Assembly (NCBI GenBank): GCA_963708025.1
Contig: CAVPSB010000013.1
Coordinates: forward strand, 608,001 to 672,000
DNA length: 64,000 nucleotides
DNA from: an uncultured Candidatus Rokubacteria bacterium
GTDB lineage: Bacteria > Methylomirabilota > Methylomirabilia > Rokubacteriales > DASRDR01
Direction: 5' to 3'
Part shown: one piece after another, positions 1-9,470 of the stretch
Layout: each line of letters begins with the position of its first letter
How positions within the stretch are numbered: position 1 is the first letter of the stretch
Made by a program: the position numbers and the translations under genes
The notes under the pieces: generated by a model
Seen by the model: only the letters and a program-made list of their open reading frames with translations
What the model was told of the DNA's origin: nothing
Databases searched by the model: none

Positions 1-796
1 ACACCTCGGGAACGTCGGCCCCGTAGCTCATGAGCCCGCCCGCCTCCGCAAACTGTCGCCATGGGGCGATGGCGGGCAGCCGCACCTTCGCCGCCAGCTC
101 CGGGCTGTGGCTGAAGAAGAACGGCGAGCCGGGAACCGCGAGGGCGTCAGCCTTCCCTCGGGTCACGGCGGCGACGGCGCCGTCCAGCTCGGTCGAGCCC
201 CGGACCTCGACGACCTGAACCTGCACGCCCAGCGAGCGCGCGGCACGCTCGGTGGCGGCGAGCATGGCCCCGGCGCTGGGGTCGGTCCGATTGACCAGCA
301 CGGCCATCCGCGTCAGGCCCGGGATCGTCTCCTTCAGCAGGGTGATGCGCTTGGCGTCGAGCTCCACGTTCATGGTCGACAGCCCCGTCAGGTTGCCGCC
401 GGGGCGCCCGAGGCTGGCGACGAGCCCCACCGCCACGGGATCCTCGGTGGTGGTGAAGACGATCGGGATCGTCTTCGTCGCGTTCTTCGCGGCCGGGACC
501 GCGAGCGCGGTCGCCACGATCACGTCGACCTTGAGCCGGACCAGCTCGGCGGCGAGGGCGGGCAGGCGCTCGACCACGCCACCCGTCGAGGGGCGCTCGA
601 TGACGAGGTTCTGTCCCTCGATCCAACCGAGGTCGCGGAGTCCTTGCCGGAAACCCTCGATGTTGGGGTTCCCCATCGCGTGCGTGAGGATTCCGATTCG
701 CGCGACCCGCGCCGGCGGCTGCGCATCGACACCGATGGACACGCCGAGAACCAACAGGGCGAGCGCCAGGGCCGATCCAGCGGAGCGGCGCTTCAC
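1..796 (-). CDS. ABC transporter substrate-binding protein (ABC_sub_bind family), 3' end runs off the window
   Basis: Manual translation from GTG 796: VKRRSAGSALALALLVLG...RIGIL...FRQGLRDLGWIEGQNLVIE...LAAELVRLKVDVIVA...TKTIPIVF...DPVAVGLVASLGRPGGNLTG...GGLMSYG; purine-rich RBS upstream; absent from the ORF track because it has no stop in the window. Confidence 0.9.
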   Translation of the reverse strand, partial: MKRRSAGSALALALLVLGVSIGVDAQPPARVARIGILTHAMGNPNIEGFRQGLRDLGWIEGQNLVIERPSTGGVVERLPALAAELVRLKVDVIVATALAVPAAKNATKTIPIVFTTTEDPVAVGLVASLGRPGGNLTGLSTMNVELDAKRITLLKETIPGLTRMAVLVNRTDPSAGAMLAATERAARSLGVQVQVVEVRGSTELDGAVAAVTRGKADALAVPGSPFFFSHSPELAAKVRLPAIAPWRQFAEAGGLMSYGADVPEV

Positions 797-812
797 CGAC
801 CCCCCTTTTCCC

Positions 813-1784
813 TCATCCCTTCATGGCCTGGTCGAACAGATCACGACGCAGGGTCCGATCCCAATCGGGCATCGCCTTGATCCGTCCGCCCTTGAGCAGG
901 CTCTCGGCCTCGGCGATCGTGTAGGCGCGGAACTCCGGGCCCATCTCCACCTTGACCTCGAAGCGGCCGAGGGCCTTCCGCACGACCGACGGGGTGACGG
1001 TGTAGCCGCGCTCCTTGAGGACCTCGGTCATGATGTCGCCGGCCCGCTGCGGCTCCTCCTGGAAGATGCGCGCGGTGGCGATCCAGACCCGGAGGAACTG
1101 CACGGTGGCGTCGCGGCGCTTGTCGGCGACGCCGGGGCCCGCCGCCAGGACGACCGGGATGGGGTCGTACGTCTCGAAGCTCAGGAGCGACCGGGCCAGG
1201 CCCTGCTCCTCCGCGACCGAGATGAAGGGCTCGGTGCTGACGCTGGCCTCCACCTGCTTGGCGATGAGCGCGCTCACCTTGTCGGGCTCGAGCGTGTTGA
1301 CCGGCTCGTAGCTCCCCGGGGCGAGCCCGAACTTCGGCGCCACCCGGGAAACGAAGACCGCGTCCGTGCTGCTCCCGATCCCGGTGGCGACCTTCTTGCC
1401 CCGGAGGTCGCCGACGCTCTTGTACGGCGAGTCGGGGCGGACCAGCACGTGGACGGTCTTGCCGGCGTTGCCGGCGAGGGCGATCGCGACGAGGTCGCCC
1501 TTCTCCGCCCCGAGGACGAACGTGGGGACGGCGAACGTCCCGAAGTCGATCCGCCCCGCCACCATCGCGTCCCGCGTCTGCCGCCCCACCGGCGCCTGGA
1601 TCCCCTCCACCGCCAGGCCCATCTTCTCGAACAGCCCCGACTTCAGCGCGACCACCGACAGGCTCCCCCAGATGTTCACCTGGTAGCCCAGCCGCACGGG
1701 CTCGGCCCCGCGCGCCGCGCGCCCGCCGAGGAGAAGACCCGCCGTCGCCCCACCCAGCCCGGCCACGAACGTCCGTCGATCCAT
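813..1784 (-). CDS. NitT/TauT (SsuA-like) ABC substrate-binding protein with Tat-like signal
   Basis: MDRRTFVAG signal; DLRGKKVATGIGSS motif; GGAGG RBS before ATG 1784. Confidence 0.85.
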   Translation of the reverse strand: MDRRTFVAGLGGATAGLLLGGRAARGAEPVRLGYQVNIWGSLSVVALKSGLFEKMGLAVEGIQAPVGRQTRDAMVAGRIDFGTFAVPTFVLGAEKGDLVAIALAGNAGKTVHVLVRPDSPYKSVGDLRGKKVATGIGSSTDAVFVSRVAPKFGLAPGSYEPVNTLEPDKVSALIAKQVEASVSTEPFISVAEEQGLARSLLSFETYDPIPVVLAAGPGVADKRRDATVQFLRVWIATARIFQEEPQRAGDIMTEVLKERGYTVTPSVVRKALGRFEVKVEMGPEFRAYTIAEAESLLKGGRIKAMPDWDRTLRRDLFDQAMKG

Positions 1785-1794
1785 GGCTTCCCTC

Positions 1795-2487
1795 CTAGAG
1801 CCCGAGATAGCGGGCCTTGATCTCCTCGTTCGCCCAGAGCGCCTGGGGGGCGCAGGAATGCACGATCCGGCCACGCGAGAGGACGTGGACGTGGTCGGTC
1901 ACGCGGAGCGCCAGGGGGATGTTCTGCTCGACCAGCAGGATCGACAGGCCGCGCGCCTTGAGGTCGGCGATTACGCGCCCGACCTCGCGCACCAGGAGCG
2001 GCGCCAGACCCTCGGTCGGCTCGTCCATGAGCAGGAGGTCGGGGTTGCCCATGAGGGCGCGGCCGATCGCCAGCATCTGCTGCTCGCCGCCGGAGAGCTT
2101 GCCGGCCCGACTCTCGGCCCGCTCGGCGAGCCGCGGGAAGAGGTCCATCACGGTCGGGACGGTCCACGGGCCGCCGTTCCCCCGGGCCGCCACCGCCAGG
2201 TTCTCGCCCACGGTGAGCGAGGGAAAGACCCGCCGGCCCTGGGGGACGAGGCCCATTCCCAGCCCGACCGCGCGGTGGGACGCCCAGCCGGTGATGTCCT
2301 GGCCCTTGAAGCGCACCCGGCCGGCCCGGGGCGGCGTGAACCCGATGATGGAGCGGATCAGCGTGGTCTTCCCCATGCCGTTCCGGCCGAGGATGCCGAC
2401 CACCTGGCTCCGGTCCACCCGCAGGGAGACCCCCTGGAGGACGTAGCTCTCGCCGTAGTAGGTGTGGATGTCCTCGATCTCGAGCAG
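1795..2487 (-). CDS. Branched-chain amino acid ABC ATP-binding protein (LivF-like)
   Basis: Walker A GRNGMGKT, LSGGEQQ, LLLMDEP; the frame extends upstream of the tracked GTG as LLEIEDIHTYYGESYVLQGVSL; apparent CTG start. Confidence 0.85.
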   Translation of the reverse strand: MLEIEDIHTYYGESYVLQGVSLRVDRSQVVGILGRNGMGKTTLIRSIIGFTPPRAGRVRFKGQDITGWASHRAVGLGMGLVPQGRRVFPSLTVGENLAVAARGNGGPWTVPTVMDLFPRLAERAESRAGKLSGGEQQMLAIGRALMGNPDLLLMDEPTEGLAPLLVREVGRVIADLKARGLSILLVEQNIPLALRVTDHVHVLSRGRIVHSCAPQALWANEEIKARYLGL

Positions 2488-2510
2488 GCAGGCCCCCCTT
2501 CGCCAGGGGC

Positions 2511-2539
2511 AGAATAGAACACGGCCGGGCCGCCCGCAA
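2511..2539 (-). promoter_or_regulatory. sigma70-type promoter TTGCGG-17-TATTCT
   Basis: Hexamers with 17-nt spacer upstream of the LivF-like gene; near-identical architecture at 13887-13915. Confidence 0.6.
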
Positions 2540-2582
2540 CGGCGGGGCCCGGCTCCGCTCCCAACCCGCTATCGAGGGCCGA

Positions 2583-2786
2583 TTACCGCCGGTCTTCGCG
2601 GAGGGCTTCGAGGGCGGGCGTGAACTTGACCTTGCCGCGGAGGGAGCGAAGCCGATCGTAGGCCTCGCTCGCCGCCACCAGCTCCAGTCCGTGTCGGATG
2701 GTGGCCGTCACGCCTTCGCCGGTGCGCTCACGCGCCCGCCGCAGGAGGTCCGCGTCGATGCGAACGGTCAGCTTCCGCGTGGCCAC
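2583..2786 (-). CDS. Small RHH/VapB-like antitoxin, no adjacent toxin
   Basis: 67 aa; RKLTVRIDADLLRRARE ribbon-helix-helix-like N-terminus; LRSLRGKVKF C-terminus typical of VapB-type antitoxins. Confidence 0.65.
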   Translation of the reverse strand: MATRKLTVRIDADLLRRARERTGEGVTATIRHGLELVAASEAYDRLRSLRGKVKFTPALEALREDRR

Positions 2787-2902
2787 GCTCGAACCGTACC
2801 AGCATCAATGCCGCGACACAATCCGGGCGCGACCACCGCATCCGGCGAGCCGACGACGTGCGCCTGGCACGTCCGGCGGGTTGGCGGGCGGACGACCTGC
2901 CC

Positions 2903-3820
2903 CTACGCCAGGTAGTCGAAGAGCCGGGCACCGAGCCGGTCGCGCAGCCCGGCGACCGCGGGCGCCACCGCGTCGGCGAAGGCGGCCCGCTCGGCCCCGG
3001 TCAGCCGGACCACCGCGACGCCATCCGGCTCCAGCTTCGCCAGCACCTCGCCGTCCTCCGCCGCCGCCAGCGCACGCTGGGCGGTCCCGGCCTCCCGGGC
3101 GGCCGCCTCGACCGCCCGCCGGACCTCCCCCGGCCAGGCGTGGTAGGTCGCGGCGTGGCAGAGGAGACCGGCCACCGCGAAGAAGTGGCTCGAGAGCGTG
3201 ACGTGGCGATGGTGGCGGTAGATCTCGAAGTTGTAGACATTGGTCAGCGAGTTGTCCTGGGCGTCGATCGTGCCCGCGCGCACGGCGGCGAGCAGGTCCT
3301 TGACGTCGAGCGCCACCGGCTCGAACCCGAGGTGCCTGAAGACGGCCTGGTGCAGCTCGCTCGGCATCGTGCGCATGCGGAGCCCGCGACAGTCGGCCGG
3401 CGCCCGGATGGGCCGCACGCGGTTGGTGAGGTGCCGGAACCCGTTGTCCCAGTACCCGAGCAGCCGGTAGCCGGTCGAGGCCTCCAGCCGGTCGGCGAGG
3501 AAGGACCCCAGCGCGCCGTCGAGGAGCGCGTAGGCCCGCTCCCGGCGGTCGAAGACGAACGGGAGGTCGAGCAGCGCGAGCTCCGGCACCCGGGCCGCCA
3601 GGTAACTCGTCGAGAAGTAGCACATCGTGAGCTGGCCGCCCTCGACCAGGGCGAGCAGGTCCGTCGCCGGCCGGCCCGCGGCGACGATGTCGCCGTCGAG
3701 ATCGAACCGGACCGCGTCGCCGAGCCGCGCCGCCAGCGCCCGGCCCAGCACCGCGGCCGCCTGGCTGTGGACCGAGGCCGGCGGCTGATATCCCCCGAAT
3801 CGGACGTGCAGCGGCGGCAT
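2903..3820 (-). CDS. TRAP transporter substrate-binding protein (DctP family), no clear signal peptide
   Basis: LDLPFVF, YWDNGFRHLTN, GLRMRT, IDAQDN motifs; ATG at 3820 after GAGGGGG. Confidence 0.85.
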   Translation of the reverse strand: MPPLHVRFGGYQPPASVHSQAAAVLGRALAARLGDAVRFDLDGDIVAAGRPATDLLALVEGGQLTMCYFSTSYLAARVPELALLDLPFVFDRRERAYALLDGALGSFLADRLEASTGYRLLGYWDNGFRHLTNRVRPIRAPADCRGLRMRTMPSELHQAVFRHLGFEPVALDVKDLLAAVRAGTIDAQDNSLTNVYNFEIYRHHRHVTLSSHFFAVAGLLCHAATYHAWPGEVRRAVEAAAREAGTAQRALAAAEDGEVLAKLEPDGVAVVRLTGAERAAFADAVAPAVAGLRDRLGARLFDYLA

Positions 3821-3846
3821 GCCCCCCTCTCCCGATCGGCGACCGC

Positions 3847-5019
3847 TCAGACGCCGAACAGCCGCCGGGAGGCGATCCGGGCCCCTTCGCCCAGCGCGGC
3901 CAGCTTGCCCCAGGCGACGTCTTCCGCGACCCGACTGTTGCCGGCGGAGGTCTCCAGGCCGCAGTCGGTGCCGGCCAGCACCCGGCGAGAATCCCCGATG
4001 ACGGCCGCCACCCGCTCGAGGCGGTCGGCGATGACCTCGGGGTGCTCCACGACGTTGGTGAGGGTGTCGATGACCCCCGCCACCAGGACCTGGTCCTCGT
4101 CGAGCGGCAGGCGCTCGAAGCAGCGGAACTCGTGGGCGTGGCGGGCGTTGCCGAAGGGGAGCACGAAGCCGCCGACGTTCGCCCGCCGCACGATCGGCAA
4201 CACGTCGGCGAGGGGCACGTCCTGGTCGTGCGGCCCTTCGTAATTGCCCCAGCAGAGATGCAAGCGCACCCGGTCGCGTGGCACGTTCTCGAGCGCCCGG
4301 TTGATCGCCTCGACCACCATCTCGACGAATCCCAGGAACTCGGACAGCGGGCGATGACGGTAGGCGATGTGCCGCTCCATCGCCAGATCCGGGCAGTCGA
4401 GCTGCAACACGAAGCCGTGCCGGACGATCGCCTCGTACTCGATCTGCAGCGCGGCGCCCAGCGCGGCCAGATAGGATTCCAGGCTGTCGTAGTGCTCGTT
4501 GTGGATGATCGTCGCGACGATCCCGGGCGAAGGCGCGGTGACGAACGCCTCGACGAACCGGCCTTCGCTGCCGGCCAGCGCGGCCACGAAGTCGGCGCAC
4601 TCGGCGTCCACCAGCGAGGCGTCGAGGTAGCGGACCTCGCCGATCGCCTTCGGGAGGTAGTCGCGGTTGCTGACGGAGAATCGCTGGGCGGCCTGCTCCA
4701 GCTGCGCGCGCTTGAATGCCGGATAGCGGTCGAGATCCGCCGGCACCAGACGCTCTCCCGAGCCGCCCAGGCCGCCGAGACGACGGCGCAGGTACAGCAC
4801 GAACGACTCGCGCTGCTGCTCGCCGTTGTTGACGACGTCGATGCCGGCCTCGATCTGCCGGGGCACGATCCCGCGCACCGCCTCCCGGCCGGCGGCCTCC
4901 AGCTCGGCCGGGTCGACCGGCTGGCCCCGCACGCGAAGGGCGTAGAGCCGGGTCAGCTCGGCGGGCCGGGGCAGGCTGCCGGCATGCGTCGTGAGAATGC
5001 GAGTCTCGCTGCGCTTCAC
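3847..5019 (-). CDS. Cobalamin-independent methionine synthase II (MetE C-terminal-like) family protein
   Basis: TTHAGSLPRP, LQLDCPDL, RLHLCWGNYEGPH, GTDCG motifs. Confidence 0.9.
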   Translation of the reverse strand: MKRSETRILTTHAGSLPRPAELTRLYALRVRGQPVDPAELEAAGREAVRGIVPRQIEAGIDVVNNGEQQRESFVLYLRRRLGGLGGSGERLVPADLDRYPAFKRAQLEQAAQRFSVSNRDYLPKAIGEVRYLDASLVDAECADFVAALAGSEGRFVEAFVTAPSPGIVATIIHNEHYDSLESYLAALGAALQIEYEAIVRHGFVLQLDCPDLAMERHIAYRHRPLSEFLGFVEMVVEAINRALENVPRDRVRLHLCWGNYEGPHDQDVPLADVLPIVRRANVGGFVLPFGNARHAHEFRCFERLPLDEDQVLVAGVIDTLTNVVEHPEVIADRLERVAAVIGDSRRVLAGTDCGLETSAGNSRVAEDVAWGKLAALGEGARIASRRLFGV

Positions 5020-5056
5020 GTCGGCCTCCCCTGAGTCGCGTCTATCGCGGCCGGCG

Positions 5057-6340
5057 TCAGTAGCCCACCAGGCGGGGCAGCCACTGCGAGAGCGCGGGCA
5101 CGAAGATGACCGCCAGCGTCACCAGCAGGATGCAGCCCGCGTACGGGATCATCTCGATGGTCGCCTCCGAGAGGCTGCAGCCCGCGATCGGGGCGACCAT
5201 GAAGACGGCCAGCGCGACCGGCGGCGTGAGGATGGCGAACTGCGCCGACATGAGGATGACCAGCGCCAGGTGATGGGGCTCGACCCCGAACAGCGGGGCC
5301 AGCGGCGCCGCCACCGGGACGAGCATGATCATGATCGGGACGCCCTCGAGGGGAAAGCCGAGCAGGATGATGATCGCCATCACCGCCAGCAGGAACGTCT
5401 CGGGCGAGCGGATGAACGGCTGGAGCATGGGGCCGAGCTGCTGGGGGATCATGTTGATGATCAGTAGCCACGACAGCACCTGCGACGCGGCCACCATGAG
5501 GAACACCATGCCGCTCAGCTTCGCGCTGTCGAGCAGCGCCCGGGTGATGTCCCGCCAGCCCAGCCGCAGCCCGCCGAACGAGCCGAACACGAGCGCGTAG
5601 GCCACGGCGACCGCGCCGGCCTCGGTCGGCGTGAAGAAGCCACTCACGATCCCGCCGATGACGATGACGGCCGTCCCCAGGCCGAGGAAGGCCGGCGGGA
5701 ACGTCCGGACGACTGCGCGCATCGACCAGGACCGCTCGCTCACCGGGAAGTTCCGCCGCTTCGCCATCAAGGCCACGGTCGCCATCTGGGTGAGCCCGAT
5801 CAGGACTCCCGGGATCGCCCCCGACAGGAAGAGCCGCCCGATCGAGAGCTTCCCGCCGTAGAGGTAGGCGATGATGAGCATGCCCACGCTCGGGGGGATG
5901 ATGGCACCCATCACGCAGGACCCGGCGGTGATCGCCGCCGCGACGCCGCGCGGGTAGCCTTCCTTCACCAGGCCCGGAATGAGCGCCTTCCCGATGGCGG
6001 CGCAGTCCGCCAGGGAGACGCCGCTGATCCCGCCGAACGCCATGGCGGCGGCGATGGTCACGTGAGCCAGCCCGCCCCGCAGGGGGCCCACCAGGGCCTT
6101 CACGAAGTCGATCAGCCGGGCGAGCATCCCGGAGCGCCCCATGAGGTCGCCGGCCAGGATGAAAAACGGGATGGCGAGCAGCGTGAACGAGTCCATGGCC
6201 CCGAACATGATCGTCGGCAGGACGTTCAGGTTCGCCTGGCCGGAGATCACGATGTGGGCCGCTCCCGCGAAGCCGAGGGCGAAGGCGATGGGGACGCCGA
6301 TGGTGATCGCCAGGAAGAAGACCAGGAAGGTGATGGACAC
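5057..6340 (-). CDS. dctM: TRAP transporter large permease
   Basis: LLAIPFFILAG, IIPPS, FTPTEA, LTPPV motifs; hydrophobic, 427 aa. Confidence 0.92.
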   Translation of the reverse strand: MSITFLVFFLAITIGVPIAFALGFAGAAHIVISGQANLNVLPTIMFGAMDSFTLLAIPFFILAGDLMGRSGMLARLIDFVKALVGPLRGGLAHVTIAAAMAFGGISGVSLADCAAIGKALIPGLVKEGYPRGVAAAITAGSCVMGAIIPPSVGMLIIAYLYGGKLSIGRLFLSGAIPGVLIGLTQMATVALMAKRRNFPVSERSWSMRAVVRTFPPAFLGLGTAVIVIGGIVSGFFTPTEAGAVAVAYALVFGSFGGLRLGWRDITRALLDSAKLSGMVFLMVAASQVLSWLLIINMIPQQLGPMLQPFIRSPETFLLAVMAIIILLGFPLEGVPIMIMLVPVAAPLAPLFGVEPHHLALVILMSAQFAILTPPVALAVFMVAPIAGCSLSEATIEMIPYAGCILLVTLAVIFVPALSQWLPRLVGY

Positions 6341-6355
6341 GATCGACCGCCGGGG

Positions 6356-6820
6356 CTACCCGGACTTCCCGCGCGCCGTGAGCCGAAGGATGGTGGACCT
6401 CAGGGTGAGGACGAACATGAGCGCGCCGCCGATCGGCAGCGCGGCGTAGAACCACACCATCGAGACGCCCAGCGTGACCGTGCTCTGCTCCCGCACCGAC
6501 GGCATCATCATCAGCGACGCGACGACGAGCAGGGCCAGGAAGCACAGGACCACGAGCTCGGAGACGAGGTAGACGGCGCGGGCCGCGAGCGGCGGCAGCG
6601 CGTCCGTCAGGAAGGTGAGCCGGAGGTGCCCGTCCTCGTACACCAGCAGGGTGGCGGTGAGCATCGCGGTCCAGACCATCAGGTAGCGGCTCAGCTCGTT
6701 GGTGATGATCAGCGAGGTGCCGGCCAGGTTCCGGAGGGCGATCTCCACGATCACCAGCAGCGTGATCGTGCCCATGAGGGCGGTGACCACGTATTCGAGC
6801 GCCCGGATCAGGATCCGCAC
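6356..6820 (-). CDS. dctQ: TRAP transporter small permease
   Basis: 154 aa, four TM segments, NELSRYLMVW and GHL motifs; adjacent to dctM. Confidence 0.88.
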   Translation of the reverse strand: MRILIRALEYVVTALMGTITLLVIVEIALRNLAGTSLIITNELSRYLMVWTAMLTATLLVYEDGHLRLTFLTDALPPLAARAVYLVSELVVLCFLALLVVASLMMMPSVREQSTVTLGVSMVWFYAALPIGGALMFVLTLRSTILRLTARGKSG

Positions 6821-6962
6821 GTCTCACCCCCCTGGAGCACGCTTCACCGCGATCCGAACCTCGGTGGGACGCGCGCCGCGGGTGGCCGGGGCGCCCGCCG
6901 CGCGTGGGCGGGATGGCAGCCCCGGCGACCGCCCTCGGGCGGCCGCCGGGCCAGCCGGTCGG

Positions 6963-7962
6963 TCAGTTCGAGGCCTTCACGATCTCGTTGACGATGGCGC
7001 GCCCATCGTCGCCGAGCTCTCCGTAGGCTTCCCGATAGACGGACTGCGCGGTCGAGCGGAAGTGCGCCAGGGTCTCCCCGGGAACCTGGTTGATCTTCAT
7101 CACCTCGCCGAGCTTCCCCATGATGTCCCGGTTGTAGTCGTCGGCGGTCTTCCGCTCGAAGACGGTCGCCGCGGCAGCGGCCTTCATGATCGCGTCCTGG
7201 ACGTCCTTGGGCAGCTTGGCCAGGGTCGCCCCGCTCATCACGAACATGGTCGGATCGTTCGAGTGCCCGGTCAGGGAGTAGAACTTCTGGAATTCGAAGA
7301 CCCGGTAGGGGTACATGACCGCCGGCGGGTTTTCCTGGCCGTCGATGACCCCCCCTTGGAGAGCCGGCATGACCTCGGCCCAGTCCATGGGGGTCGGGAT
7401 CGCGCCGAGCTTCCGGAAGAAGGCGACGTGCACCGGCGAGGGCAGCGTGCGCAGCTTGAGACCCCGGATGTCCTCGGGCTTGACGATCGGCCGGCGGCTG
7501 TTCGAGACGTGCCGGAAGCCGTTCTCCCACCAGCCGAGGATCCGGAGGCCTTGACGGCCCACCAGCTCCTGCAGCCGCTTCCCGACGTCGCCGTCGAGGA
7601 GGCGGAACATGGTGTCGGCGTCCTTCCACATGTAGGGGAAGGAGACCGAGACCAGGACCGGCGCGTAGCGGCTCACGTGGGTCGAGCCGGCGATGACGAA
7701 GTTGACGCTGCCGACCTTGGCCATCTCGAGCGCTTCACGGTTCGACCCGAGCGAGTTGCTGCGGAAGACGGTCACCTTGACCCGGCCGTCGGTCAGGCGG
7801 GCCGTCTCGTCCGCGAAGCGATGCGCGGCCCGGTCGAAGACGTCCCCTTCGGGGGCGTAGCTGGCGAACCGGAGGTTGAACTGCGCTTGCGCGAGCGCCA
7901 CCCCCATGCTCGCGTGCAGCACGAGCGCCGCGACCCCAATGACCCGTAGCGTGCTTGCGCAT
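6963..7962 (-). CDS. dctP: TRAP substrate-binding protein; frameshift just after the ATG
   Basis: WWENGFRHVSN, GLKLRT, IDGQENP; AGGAGG-ATG at 7962 is out of frame with the signal peptide by one base. Confidence 0.85.
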
Positions 7963-8053
7963 GTGGTCCTCCTGTTCGGGAACGGTCGCCAATCCAGGGT
8001 CCAGCCCGATCGCCGGGTGCCGCCTCGTGCCAGCCGTATCGCCGCCGGGGCCG

Positions 8054-8083
8054 ATTGTATGGCCCGGCAAATTCCCCCGTCAA
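8054..8083 (-). promoter_or_regulatory. sigma70-type promoter TTGACG-18-TACAAT
   Basis: Near-consensus hexamers upstream of dctP. Confidence 0.65.
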
Positions 8084-8101
8084 TCCCACCGCCGCCGTCG
8101 A

Positions 8102-9307
8102 CTACGGTGTCGAGAAGCCCGTCCCCCGGATGTAGTTCCAGACCTTGATCCGGTTGGCGATCGCCGGGCCGCCCGAGCTGAGCAGCGTGAGGGCGTCGCG
8201 ATGGTACTTCTCCACCGGATGTCCCCGCATGATCCCGTAGCCGCCGAACAGCTCCATCGCCTTCTGGGTGACCCGCACCGCCATGTCGGTGGCGAACACC
8301 TTGCACATGGTGGTGACGGTGGGGTCGGCGCCCTTCTCGTAGCGGGCGACCCAGCCGGCCCGATGGATCATCGAGCGGGCGGCCTCGACCTGGATCCTCA
8401 TCTCGGCCAGCTCGACCCCCACCGCCTGCTGCTCGAGAAGCGGCCGGCCGCCCTGGACCCGCGTCCGGGCGTGCTCCGTGGCCGCCTCCAGGGCGGCCCG
8501 GGCCAGGCCCACCGCCGCCGCGCCCTCGACGTAGGCGTGGCTCTCCCGCGTGATGAAGCCGATCGTGGCCGAGGCCCGGTTGATCTCCCCCACCGTGTTG
8601 GCGGTGGGCACCCGGACATCCCGGAACACGACCGCCGAGTTGTTCACGAAGCGCTGGCCGATCTTGTCGTGGATCGTCTCCACCGAGACGCCCGGCGCAT
8701 CGAGCGGGACCAGGATGCAGGTGGTCCCCTCCAGGAGGCCCCTGGTCGGGTCGGTGCGGCAGTAGACGAACATCACGCGGGCCTCGGCGCCGTGGGTGAC
8801 GAACTGCTTGCGCGCGTTGATCCGCCAGGAGTCGCCCTCCATCACGGCGCTGGCCCGCAGGCCGCAGTCGGGGTGGTGGTACGGGATCAGGTTGTCCGAG
8901 CCGTACAGGTCCTCGGTGATCCCGCCGGCGAGGACGTGCTCGGGATCCCGGAGGAACGGCTGGTAGAAGCGCGCCCGCTGCGCCTCGTCGAGGGCCTCTG
9001 CCAAAAGCCGGCTGTACAGCCAGGTCTGGGAGAAGAGGATGGCGATCCCCAGGTCGCCCCGGGCCAGCTCCTCGCCCGCCAGGCACAGGGCCACCGGGTC
9101 GGCGCCGCCGCCGCCGTCGGCCTCGGGGACCGCCAGCGTCCGCAGGCCGACCCGCGAGCCCTCCCGGACGAGGTGCCAGGGGTACCGCTGCCGGGGATCC
9201 GTCACCGTGTATTCCGCGGTCTTGTCGAGTGCGTCGACGAACCGCTCCCGGAAGTCCCGGGCCATCTCCTGGATCGCGCGCTGCCGCGCGGTCAGTCCGA
9301 ACTCCAT
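8102..9307 (-). CDS. Acyl-CoA dehydrogenase family protein
   Basis: GITEDLYGSD, WRINARKQFVT, FGGYGIMRGHPVEKYHRDA. Confidence 0.92.
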   Translation of the reverse strand: MEFGLTARQRAIQEMARDFRERFVDALDKTAEYTVTDPRQRYPWHLVREGSRVGLRTLAVPEADGGGGADPVALCLAGEELARGDLGIAILFSQTWLYSRLLAEALDEAQRARFYQPFLRDPEHVLAGGITEDLYGSDNLIPYHHPDCGLRASAVMEGDSWRINARKQFVTHGAEARVMFVYCRTDPTRGLLEGTTCILVPLDAPGVSVETIHDKIGQRFVNNSAVVFRDVRVPTANTVGEINRASATIGFITRESHAYVEGAAAVGLARAALEAATEHARTRVQGGRPLLEQQAVGVELAEMRIQVEAARSMIHRAGWVARYEKGADPTVTTMCKVFATDMAVRVTQKAMELFGGYGIMRGHPVEKYHRDALTLLSSGGPAIANRIKVWNYIRGTGFSTP

Positions 9308-9361
9308 GGCGTCCCCTCGTTCGCGCCCGGATGGCACCGGGCTGGACCGGGTCGGTGGTCG

Positions 9362-9470
9362 GCTAGTGCCGTTCCAACTTGCTCCAGCTAGTGCTTTCGA
9401 GGGATGCGACAAGTCCGTGCTTCAAGAATCGCTTGCCCATTTTGGCTCATGCAGTTGGAACGGCACTAGC
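9362..9470. mobile_element. MITE-like element with 18-bp perfect terminal inverted repeats
   Basis: GCTAGTGCCGTTCCAACT (9362-9379) and AGTTGGAACGGCACTAGC (9453-9470); interior is AT-richer and non-coding. Confidence 0.7.
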
